The notes below the pieces were generated by a model. The model saw only the letters and a list, made by a program, of their open reading frames with translations. It did no database searches and was not told where the DNA came from. DNA of 64,000 nucleotides from Octopus bimaculoides (Eukaryota). Each line of letters starts with the position of its first letter. The stretch's first letter is position 1. The stretch lies in the NCBI RefSeq assembly GCF_001194135.2, contig NC_068986.1, positions 51,588,353 to 51,652,352 on the forward strand, written 5' to 3'. Made by a program: the position numbers and the translations under genes. This document shows, one piece after another, positions 52,880 through 64,000 of the stretch.

Positions 52880-53570
52880 TTGGATCATCTCATAAATAAT
52901 GTGGTCTTTTATACTTTTATTTTTCAAAATTAAGATAAACAAAGTTTATACTCTTGTTCATTTTCTACAATGCTCTTCCATCTATCTGGTAGACTTGCAA
53001 GGCCCCTCTTCCAAAATTCACTTGTCTGTGATGAAAAATACTCCTCCAGTACTGTTTGACCTCATCTACAGAATTCATATTTTTTTCCATCCAAATGATT
53101 TTGAAGACTGCAGAATAAATGATAATCAGATGGGGCATTATCTGGCAAATATGCTGGGTAGGGCATCATTTCCCATTCAAACTGCTCCAGCCTTTCAAAT
53201 GTCATCCTTGCTGTATGTGGCCAAGCATTATCCTGATGGAAGAACAACTTTTGTCTTAAAAACAGAGATGGTCGTTTTTCTTCTAGCACTGACTTCAAGC
53301 TGCTTGCAGCAGATCTCCTTTGTTATCATTTTGTTTGGGTTTAAAAGTTCAAAGTGGACTAAACCTTTCATATCCCACCAAACAGATAACAACATCTTAT
53401 GTGGTGAAGACCTTCTTTAGCTTGGGGTGCCAGTGTTTCCCCTTTCCCTACCCACTGTCTTCAGCGCTTGACATTTTTATAGAGAACACATTTCTCATCA
53501 CCAGTCACTATATGGTCCAAAAAAGGTTCATGCATGAGATGTAACAGCAAAGAAGAGCACACATCCACTC
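52880..53570 (-). mobile_element. mariner (DD34D) relic, same family as 13575, one TIR
   Basis: TIR TTGGATCATCTCATAAATAATG after TA. LFFHQDNAWPHTARMTFERLEQFEWEMMPYPAYLPDNAPSDYHLF has 34 residues between the last two catalytic aspartates. Confidence 0.9.
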
Positions 53571-54339
53571 TTTGTGCATGATTAGACTTACACACATACA
53601 CTTGCAGATATATATATAAAGTTTGCAGAAGAAAATTGTCATTAATACTAGCTTTAAAACAAGGTTTTAAACATTAAAATTGTTTTAATATGAATTTTTT
53701 TTCTTAATATGATAATTTTTCTAATTATTAAACTCATCTTTATAGAGAAAAACTGTTTCTAACATTAACACATCTGCTGTTTCAATCTGTTTGATCTCTG
53801 TTCCTCATCAGGTGTTTTAGCCCTGGCTCTTGTATATGGTACCAGACAAAATTTGAACTAATGAACTATTTCCAATGTTTTTATCAATGAGATCACTGAT
53901 GCATGTACAAAAAAATGGGTTTAAGACAGCAATAAATGAATAACAGGTAGTAGTTTCAAGATGGTGCAAATATTGTCATTTATGATGCAGAGAAACATGA
54001 AGTACATAACAGATAAGTAAAATTAACAAAAATAAATAAGAGAACAGTAAGAATAGCAAGCTTTATACTTCAAGCCAATGATAAAAGTAGAAATGACAGT
54101 AACTATACTCCTATTGTATCTTACCAACTGGACTATGTTGTCTGTGATATATAATATGCAACACAAAAAGAAAGATGAGCCAATTAAGACTGGATCATCT
54201 TTGATCATATTTCAGCTGAATCAGGTCTGATATGGGTTTAAACAACTACAATCTTAGTGCAAAGATTGACTTGCAGCTTTCTCCTACATATTGCACAGAC
54301 TACCCAACTGTCTTAAAATCTAACAAGGCAATGGACAAT

Positions 54340-54556
54340 TCTTTTCTACTCTAGGCACAAAGCCCAAAATTTTGGGGGAGGGGGCCCAGTCGATTATATC
54401 AACCCCAGTACACAACTGGTACTTAATTTATCGACCCCCCAAAAAATGAAAGGCAAAGTCAACCTCAGCGGAATTTGAACTCAGAACGTAAAGACAGATG
54501 AAATACTGCTAAGCATTTTGCCCAGCGTGCTAACGTTTCTGTCACCTCGCTGCCTT
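54340..54556 (-). mobile_element. tRNA-head SINE family C, near full length
   Basis: Tail TTCTTTTCTACTCTAGGCACAAAGCCC through head GTGCTAACGTTTCTGTCACCTCGCTGCC. Confidence 0.85.
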
Positions 54557-54800
54557 AAGGCAATGGACAATTAACAAGAATGTGTGAAGAACAAAACTGA
54601 AATAAGATGATCTTCATAAAATAAATGCAGGATGAGTTTATCTTATCTGTGTTCAATAAAGAAACTAAAATCCAATCTCACATAAATTTATCTATCTTTT
54701 ATTTTATTTAATTTATTTTTATTATTGTTTGGTTCTGGGAGAGCTCTGTGTCCACGGACATCACTAGCCCACTGAAACTAATGAGGTCAATGTTGTAAAT

Positions 54801-55057
54801 CAGTGGTTCTCAACCATTTTTTCCCTATGGACCCCTTCTATTTCTGTTTCACTCGAATGGATCCTCATAGCCATTTGATGTTTAGAAAATCCCAGTATAT
54901 TTTCAGAACGCAATATTATTAGGAATTATATATAAAAAAAAATTTGTTGACATTTTGTGCATTGTAGAAGTATAACCAATTTATTGCACATACATTTTAA
55001 TGACAAAATCTTTTATGCACCCCCAAGGGTCATATGGACCACAACTGAGAATCACTG
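54801..55057. mobile_element. hAT-type MITE
   Basis: TIRs CAGTGGTTCTCAA and CTGAGAATCACTG; degenerate 8-bp TSD TTGTAAAT / TTGTGAAC. Confidence 0.8.
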
Positions 55058-57180
55058 TTGTGAACGTTTCTCCTGAATAGCTGTGAGTTGATAGGAACAG
55101 CAAAAACCAAGCAGAGTGGTTAACATAGAGATAAACCCAGAGCGAGTGGATGCAATGTTGGTGAAAGAGGAGTGACAAGTGAGTTGGGGGAGCCTGAGAT
55201 CAAACAACTCTGAGATACAGAGGCCACTTTAATTAATAGCACCAAAATAAAAGTTCAAGATAGTAATGGTAGCACTATATTCATTTAATAAATAACATTA
55301 TTTCTTTCATAATTTAACCCTTTTAATATCATCCAACATGAAGCCATCGTTGTTTCTATGATACAAATTTCATTCTAAAGTGATCTAAATTTAAACTTCC
55401 CATCAAAATTCCATGTTAATTTATGTTCCAAACACAGCACAGAAATGACAAAATTATTTTATCAAATTCTTTGTTACTTTTAAAAATAAACTGAAACAAA
55501 GTTGATGTTTTACTTGAATTTCGATGTTAAAATTTTGAAAAGAAAACACACAGCTTACATATCAACAGATATGAGATTTGACAAAGATTTCAACAACAAC
55601 AATCAGATAGAATTGCAAAGTTCACATTTTGCGAACCTCTCATTCAATAACATCAATCCATTTGCTAAGTACATTATTGATTGAGAAGTTTGAAATGAAT
55701 AATATTTAACAACATATCAAAGCAAAACTACCAAAGTTCTACTAAGACAATAACAATATAATAATAGAATAGATTCCTTTTGTCGAGATACGCATACTCA
55801 CTATGTCAACACCAGCATTTAACATCATGATAAAACTTCACTTGCCTAACTTTCTTGTTTATCCAGCTTACATCTGAAGCCATTAATGGAAAAGGAATTA
55901 ACAACTCACTTTACTTAGTTATTCCTTTCATTGACTTCTCAAAACAAGTAGACTGTCTCTGTGTATTTGATGCTACAGAAAATTGCTTCAGCATTTCATA
56001 TCAGTGCTCCCTAGAGTTCTGGTTATTTTAGATTTGATCAAATAGAGTGATATGATATTTCATAAACCAAATAGATGTGCTTTGTTAATACTCACTTTAG
56101 CTACTAAGATACTGATTATTTTTAGACATGGCATGAAGAAAAAATTGTTTTTCTTTTTCAAGGAGAAAAGAATAATTAACTAAATTGACTTTAATATATT
56201 GCTGACACTCATTTTATTAACCACCAGCAGAATGAAAGGCTAAGTTGTCTCCTGATGGACCTTAACCGAGACAGTGGAAGAGAATAAAAACTAAATGTTG
56301 TAAAGCATTAAACATGGTGTTCCAATATGCTGCTAAACATTTCTACTGACCTCAATCTAGAAAAATTTATTTATTCAATCGCATAAATTTTAAAGACATT
56401 GTAATAATGTTCAGTTTCCATTCATGCAAACTTGGTAAAGGAGCAGAAGTAAACAGTTTGGAATGACTGATAGTGAAAAGAAAATTGATATACACAAGTA
56501 ACATCACTGAAATTTCGACATCATCTTTTCCATGGGGACATGGGTTAACTGGGACATTATGGTTTGTATTATCTTACAAACTCAGCAACAGAAAAAAAAA
56601 AATAGCTAGTGTTGATTGAACCTGTCTCATCATGCCACTGGAACTAGAGAAGTTATCCAATTCAGGAAGTATTAAATAGTCCCCTCAATCTTGCATCAGT
56701 TCTTATCTAGAGTTACAGTCTGCCTAGATGTTGCTTGCAGAGTCCACATCTCGTGCATTCCATTTTAGCATGGTTACCATGGGTGGATTTCTTTCATGTC
56801 ACTAATCACTTCATAACATGTGCTGAGTGTATTTTATCATGCCGTTGCACTAAAAAGCTTATGAGGAGGATTAAAGCCCATTCTATGTTAGTTTTTACTC
56901 AGAGTTACTGGCATCTAAAACAAGCGTTTTTTTTTTTTTTCATATCACTAAACTAAGAGGTTTTGCTGATAATGTCTCCATCACACTAGAAACTTTTTTT
57001 GAGGTAGAAAAAAACATAATAATAACTGAAGAGTAACTAATTGCAGAGTTAATATGTTCAATATGCATGTGAATATCCCTCCACCTCAAACAAAAGTTCC
57101 TAGTATGATGGAGAATTTGTCCATAAAAACCCTATAAGTTTAGTGATGTACATACATACATACTTTTATTAAAGTCAGAA

Positions 57181-57308
57181 AAATCTTCACAAACTGTTAC
57201 TCAGCATTTTACATTACTGTGTGTTGGACAGTTGTGATCATACTTGTATAATCACAACCGTCCAACAAATAGTAATGTGAAACTTTGAGTAACAGTTTGT
57301 AAAGATTT
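57181..57308. repeat. Near-perfect palindrome (63-bp arms, 2-nt centre), probable foldback MITE
   Basis: AAATCTTCACAAACTGTTACTCAG...GATCATAC TT GTATAATC...TGAGTAACAGTTTGTAAAGATTT. Confidence 0.8.
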
Positions 57309-57559
57309 CTTCAGCTTCACTAAAAGCATATTACTCTACCTTCAATATACGAGTACTATTTTTTCCACCTTGTTTTGCATTTATGTGCCTACTTGTATAC
57401 ATACATAATTACATAGTATATATATAATTTTTGATGGCTGGCCCGGTAACTGGAGAGATACTGGAGTGGGTTTCTGCCCCGACATCTGAAACTTGGAGTT
57501 TTATCATGGCTACCGAATAATTGTCACATATTACATTTACAAATAAATATATATATATA

Positions 57560-57985
57560 TATATATTTATTTCGTTTTGGGATTTGGCTTGCAAGATTCT
57601 TTATCTGAGTTTGTGTGTTGAAGCATATTTTGTTGTGTCTGGGGAGAATCATTCTCTTATAGTGCCTTGTTATTTAACATACTCACTGGTTCAATTTCCA
57701 CTCATTTACTTATTTATTTTGTGAGTATGTTAAAAAATAAGGTACTAAAAGCGAATGACTCTCCCCAGACCCAACAATATAGATACATAGTTGGAATTTA
57801 CAAAAAAATAAACAAAAGATGAAGATGGGTGTATAAACAACAGACAGATATATTAGTTTAACGCTTGAGAAGTGAGAAAGTCTTTTACATTTCGAGCCTA
57901 TGCTCTTCAACAGAAAGGAACCCAGAAATAAAAAGAGAGAGAAAATAGAAAAAGTTTCAGTGGCTAGCAATCAATTATGGCGAAA
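57560..57985 (-). mobile_element. Penelope-like terminal repeat with hammerhead-like motif and inverted partial copy
   Basis: CTGTTGAAGAGCATAGGCTCGAAATGTA motif at 57886-57913 on the minus strand; 50-bp inverted repeat at 57637-57686 / 57721-57770. Confidence 0.6.
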
Positions 57986-58917
57986 TAAATAAATATATAT
58001 ATATATATAATATAGACCTATGCATTGAGCACAACACACTTCTGAATGATCAAACCCAAGACATAATACTACAAAGTGCTTGATAAACAGTCTACAGTAA
58101 GTTTGAATATTTAGAGTGGGAAGAGGTTCTGTCTATGTAAATTGAACTTATGACTTATTCCATCAGTTAGTTTTAACAAATGATACAAGAGTAATCACTC
58201 TGCAAGAACTGAGACATGAAGATATTGAATCTAGCAAAATGAACAAAAAAAAAATCACTTTGGACATGCTACCCTGTTAAGTTAAAACATATTTTCGAAG
58301 TACTCAGTTGTATGATGAAAAAGCAAAAAATCCTGACATAGTATACAAGGTGTATAATAGATAAAAATGTTATATCTATTTTGTTATCTATCTTCTGAAG
58401 CTTGTTGTGCTATATATAATATATATAGATATATATTACACACATGATCCAGAAGATAGCTAACTAGATAGATATAACATATGCAGATATATATAAAGTC
58501 ATGATGTCAGCGATTTATCAGATCCTGGCAATTAGAAACACAATTGTGATATCAAAATAGTATTTTTATACACACACATACACACACTCACCAAACAAAA
58601 TGTTTATAATTATGCTATTGAATATAATAGTAAAAGCATCCAGTAGATATATTTGATGCTATAATGACTTACATTTTTATCTTCTAAAATGAAATTTTGT
58701 ATGCCATCTTATTATTTCATCTTCTTGACTGTTATTTCCATTAAAACATAGAATTATTTCTTTTAAATACTAGCACAAGTATACAACTTGTTAAAAGAGT
58801 GGATAAATTGACTGAATTTCCCCTAGTAGATGTCTTGGAAAATTCATTTTATCAGCCCCCATAGAAATGAGATATAAAAGTTAGCCCAGGTAGTATTTGA
58901 ACACATCACACAGATGA

Positions 58918-59146
58918 TTAACCCTTTAGCATTCAAATTATTCTGTCAAATGTAATGCTTATTTATTCACATTGTTTTAAATTCATCATGCATTTATCTC
59001 ATAGCTTTGAGATTTCAATAATGTGACAGCATATTTTTTGAATGACATTGTAGCGTAGATGTGAGAGACTGGATCTGGCTAGTTTGAACATAAAATAGAT
59101 AGAACATTCAGGGCAGATATGGCTTGTTTAAATGCTAAAGGGTTAA
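58918..59146. mobile_element. piggyBac-type MITE (family E), complete
   Basis: TTAA-CCCTTTAGCATT ... AATGCTAAAGGG-TTAA, i.e. TTAA TSD with CCC/GGG termini. Confidence 0.88.
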
Positions 59147-60594
59147 GACAGATGTTGTAGTTATGTTTACGTCACTGTTATCTACAGAGTATTTTTCTGG
59201 CAGTGTAATTCAATTCAGTTTGTGTTACTTGTTAAGGTGGTAGGATTGTAATTCAAGCAAAATTTGGCTGCTATTTCTAGTAAATCCAATTAACCTCTTC
59301 TTCACTGGGTTACATATGGTGTTGATATACAAAGAAATAGATAGCTTTTTCTACTTGTATAAGTATTAACACCACTCCCTGATCCTTGAGTGACTTTCAC
59401 AGAGATCAGAGTTGTAAGCATTCATACTAGTGCCAGATTCTTCTTCCACATGTTTTTTTCTTGTAGTAGTTCAAGCTGGGCATGAATATTACAAATTATC
59501 TCCAATAACTTAGAAATGATTCTAGAGATGAAACATGTTCTAATTTAGACTATTGAATTCATACATATAATGGAAAATGTTTTTTTTGTCTGTTTGTATG
59601 AATGGATGAATGGCAGATTTTAATTTTCAAAACCAAATCTGGAGTCAATCATAAGAGAATTTGATGCTATCAAGAAAGGTAAGAACGGAATTTCATTATG
59701 GCCCCACATCAAACAGTTTCATATGAAATCCTGAATGGGTACCAACTTCTATCTTTTTTACCAAGTAGTTTTATAAACACGCAGGTTTAATTCATTACAA
59801 CAATTATCAAACTGAGACAGTAACTAAATGGAAATGTAAACTTTTCAAAAGATATTTACAAACAATGTGTCTTCGTCTTCATTCACAGAAGTGAAAAGAA
59901 AATGTCTGCAGTCTGATCTAATCTGAAGTGTGAGTGTGTGTGTGCATGTTTTTAGGTATAGATGCATGTGATAGTAGACATATACATGTGTGTACATGTG
60001 CAAATAACTATTTGTGTGTACCTATGTAAAGAACTTGATTGCATGTGGAGTTATGTGTGGAATAGCGTGTGTTGTAGCCAAAACCATTTTTTGTAGGTCA
60101 AATAACAAAAGCTAAAGAAAGGAGCAAATCCAAAAGAAGTTTCCATTTTTAAAAAACATGGTGCTTTTTAAAGAAAACTCTCTAACAGCAAAGAGAGAAA
60201 GTGAATAAATGTTTTTTTTTATTTCTTTCTTTCGAGGGGTGCGGACTGTTTTCTATGATCTCAAATGTTATCAGTTGCTTATTTATAATATATTTAAAGG
60301 TAGATTTTGTACAGTAAACACTGATGTAGGAGTGGTCCATTTTTTTATCTGGGCAAACAGGGATGAATAAAATATGCATCCTCCTAGAGGCACAATACAG
60401 TGCATGAAGAATTATTTAACTTCACATCTTTGTACTCAATAAACCAGCATCACTTCAATTTTTCATTATTTAGCAGTTTGGGAAAAAGGGACCAATAGAA
60501 TAAGTATCAAACTTTAAAAAAGAAAAACAGGTACTGTAAGTTAAAAATCCCATCAAGAATTAACTCAAAGTTGGAAGACTTTGGGGGTATTTGG

Positions 60595-61023
60595 TTTTTT
60601 ACTTGTTTTAGTCATAAGAATCAACCATGTGTGGGCACTTCTTTGGAGGGATTTTAGTTGAACAAATCAACCCCAGCACCTATATTTTCTTTTTAAGACT
60701 GTTAATTATTGTATTTATCTCTTTTACTGAACCACTAAGTTATAGGGATGTAAATGAACCGATACTGGTGGTCAAGTGGCAGTGATGAGGCAAACACTAA
60801 CACACTCACAGACAGACACACACACACACACACACACACTAACACTAACACTCACGCTAACACTCAGCTTTTATGCAGTTTCTGCTCACCAAATTGACTC
60901 ACAAGGCATTGGTTGACTCACAAGGCTATATCAGAAGACACTTGCCCAAGGTGCCATACAATGGGTCTGAACCTGAAACTATGTGGTTACAAAGTGAGGT
61001 TCTTAACCATACAGCCATGCCTG
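60595..61023 (-). mobile_element. Composite SINE (A head + CA microsatellite + B tail)
   Basis: Same architecture as 26420. Confidence 0.8.
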
Positions 61024-62189
61024 TACACATGGTAGTAGAATAGTTGCCCAAATCAACCTTGGAAAACCATGTTTATAATATGGAGAGATGTACCATTTTG
61101 GCATAAAAGAGCAACATCTAACAGTCTAGAACAAATCTATATGGTGAACCCATATTTGGGGCATTTTTCAGATTTTGGTATACACCAATATATTGAGACA
61201 ATAATAGATTCTTAATTTTTTTTTTACAGTAATTATGACAGATCAGAATTTTAGATGAAGGAAAATTGTTAATATGTTGTTTTTGTTTTTACAATTAATA
61301 CCAATATGAGCTAAGTAATTAGTACTGAAAATATAAATAGCAATGCTTATAACAATATTTTACCATGGCAAACTGCTAAATAGCAAAATTCCAATAGTGA
61401 AATCATTGAAAAAAATATAATTAAACTAAGGCAAATGATTAATGAGTAAAACAATTAATAATTGAGATCTGACAGAGTAGTCTGAGTTCATTGTGAGCCA
61501 AATATTGCCACTTGATTAGCATAAAATTCAATGATGTTCAGAGAATATAATTATTATGATAGACAGGTGCTAACTTTGCAAGCAGAATTTTTACTGCTGA
61601 CAAATCTTGTCAGTTAAATAATGGCTTCAAGTGATTTGAAGAGACTGGGGGAACATGATAATTACATATCACATTCATCATTATCATCATCATCATTTAA
61701 CATCCATGTTCCATGCTGGCATGGGTTGGACAAATCTGATGGATTCAAGGACTGCATAACTCTCCACTTTCTACTTTGCCATGGTAACTACAGCCAGATG
61801 CCCTTTCTAATGGCAACCACTGTACAGTGTAGCTAGATGCCTAACCTAATCCCAACAATTTTCAGCTTGTTTTAGGTAATTTTTTTTTTTTGTGTATACC
61901 ATCAGCACTAGTGAGGTCATCATGCAGCTTGCAAGACTACTACAACCCCTAAGAGAGTTTGGTGTTTAAGCCAGAAGATGAGGGGTTAAATTTTGAGAGA
62001 AGGGGCCAAAGCTAAACAAGTTTCTTACTAATACACACACACACACACACACACACTCACATACCACAAGCTTCTTTCAGTTTCAGACTACCAAATCCAT
62101 TTACAAGGCATTGGTCAGCCAGAGACTGTAGAAGATAGTATTTGCTTATGGTTTCACTTGGCTTGACAGGTCTAGCCAAAAGAAACCAG

Positions 62190-62560
62190 AGTCACAGCCG
62201 ATGCTGGTGTCACGTAACAGGCACCTGTGCCAGTGGCACACAAAAAGCACCCTTCAAATGTTGAGCCACACGGAGGTGATAAGTGACAGAGATCTTTGGC
62301 GATATGTCATGATTGAGAAGACTGTCAAACCAAATGAAACTGTAGTTATGGCCAATGCCGATGTCGCATAACTGGCACCCATGACAGTGGAATGTAAAAA
62401 GCACCCATTACACTCTTGGAATGGTTGGCATTAGGAAGGTCATCCAGTCATAGAAACCATGCCAAACCAGATTGGAACCTGGTGTAGCCCTACAGCTTAC
62501 CAGTTCCAGTCAAACCATCTAACCCATGCCAGCATGGAAAGCAGACACTATATGATGATA
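62190..62560 (+). mobile_element. SINE/LINE-tail family D, long copy
   Basis: Aligns with 44025-44365. Confidence 0.85.
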
Positions 62561-63921
62561 ATGTGCCATACACTAAACCTGAAATCATGTGGTTGGGTAT
62601 CTCTAACTTCTTAATCAGACAGCTACACTTGTGCCTATATATATATCACAGATAAGAGACGTGAGGTGAAGTGAGAGAGTAGATGTTTATTCCATTCGTT
62701 TACAGTTGTTTCATAATTTTGTTACTTATATAATAGATGTTACATCAACATAGACATATACATAATAAACATATGTATATATATATATATAAATACATGT
62801 GTGTGTGTAAGTTAGTATACTCAAACATAGAAGGGTGTTGATATGAGAACCAACAAACTAATCCTCGGAATGACTGATGGTAGCTGAAAACAGCAACTAC
62901 TACAGAGAGTAAGCTGACCCCAGATATATCCACAAGGAATAGATGTACTCTGCATTTTGCCATTTGTGATTTACTTTAAGGGGACAATGGCCATAGAACC
63001 TTACAAATTCAGAGGGAAAAGCAATAAATAATCACAGTAAAGTCAAAATACCTTTGCTTCAACTACAGTCATTCTTGTTAGCCATACACTTGGTAGAGAG
63101 CTGTTTGATTCTTTGAATCCCTATTATTACTATATACACACACACACAGACTGAAAGTTGTCCATCACCCTTTCATAAGCCAATGAAGTACATCAACCAT
63201 GGAAAGCATGCATATTAAGCTAACTTTGGTCAGCTTTATCATTGTATAAACTATATAAAGCTAAGTGAGCTCTAGTCACACTCATCAATTATGAAGTCCT
63301 GCTACTTTATCACTCTCACTATTCAACTTGCAATCAATTAGAAAGTCTTAATTACATTCTCCAAGAACACAAACACATTATGATGTCTGTGCCAGCAATG
63401 GTATGAGTGTTCACAGAGCTTAGGGGCAACACCCAATCACATCATTCGTTGTTACTAAGGAGAGCACAAGTTTCACAATTTTAGTGATATAAAAACCAGT
63501 TATAAGTATTCAAACTATTTTTGTGTTTTATTTAAATACTCATGATTTATTGATTTCTCAGATACATTGCTTGATTCATTCATACTTCACAGCTATGAGC
63601 TAAATGTACCAGCAGAATTAAGACGGAGAATCAATAATGCATCCTGTTCTTTATCATGATGAATGAATACCATATGCTGCTGATTGAAATAGTGGCAAAT
63701 CAATTGCATATATTACATTGTTATATACAAATAACATGTGACCAGCTTCTGGTATGGTCGTGTATAGAGACAACAGCAGAGTCACAACATATAACATAAA
63801 ACTGTTAAAACAACAGGATATCACAGAATTATCTCTCTCCTCAAACACACACATGCATAATCATACAAACACACACTTTCTCTCTCTCTCTCTCATAAAA
63901 ACATATGTATATATATATATA

Positions 63922-63931
63922 NNNNNNNNNN
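63922..63931. other. Assembly gap (10 N)
   Basis: N run between (TA)n and (GT)n. Confidence 1.
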
Positions 63932-64000
63932 GTGTGTGTGTGTGTGTGTGTGTAAAATGTATTCATACATGCATATGTGTGAGTATGTGCATATGCATAA

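Noticed and set aside
59624-59678. LESIIREFDAIKK with strong AAG|GTAAGA donor
   Set aside because: An in-frame TAA lies upstream with no usable acceptor in between.

Overview
This is strongly AT-rich eukaryotic genomic DNA from a draft scaffold with seven N gaps, and it is dense in TA/CA/GA microsatellites. The repeat families and microsatellite style look like an octopus (coleoid cephalopod) genome; that is recognition by eye, not a database result. No host protein-coding gene can be named, and nearly all ORFs in the supplied track are microsatellite, gap or repeat artefacts. The window is best read as long-intron or intergenic DNA filled with at least four SINE-like families and many transposon relics. 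The relics are: a Tc1-type element with DD36E spacing, two copies of one DD34D mariner (one with both TIRs), a Penelope-like C-terminal fragment, a Chapaev3-like transposase end, two LINE ORF2 relics, an internally deleted endonuclease-bearing Helentron plus a non-coding relative, and piggyBac-type and hAT-type MITEs. The most interesting leads are two degenerate minimal hammerhead-ribozyme folds in Penelope-like termini, a ~235-bp-arm foldback, a candidate recursive splice site, and several small minus-strand exon candidates, one with an in-frame TGA in a CxxU-like context. All exon and RNA-function claims are unverified hypotheses. SINE boundaries are approximate.
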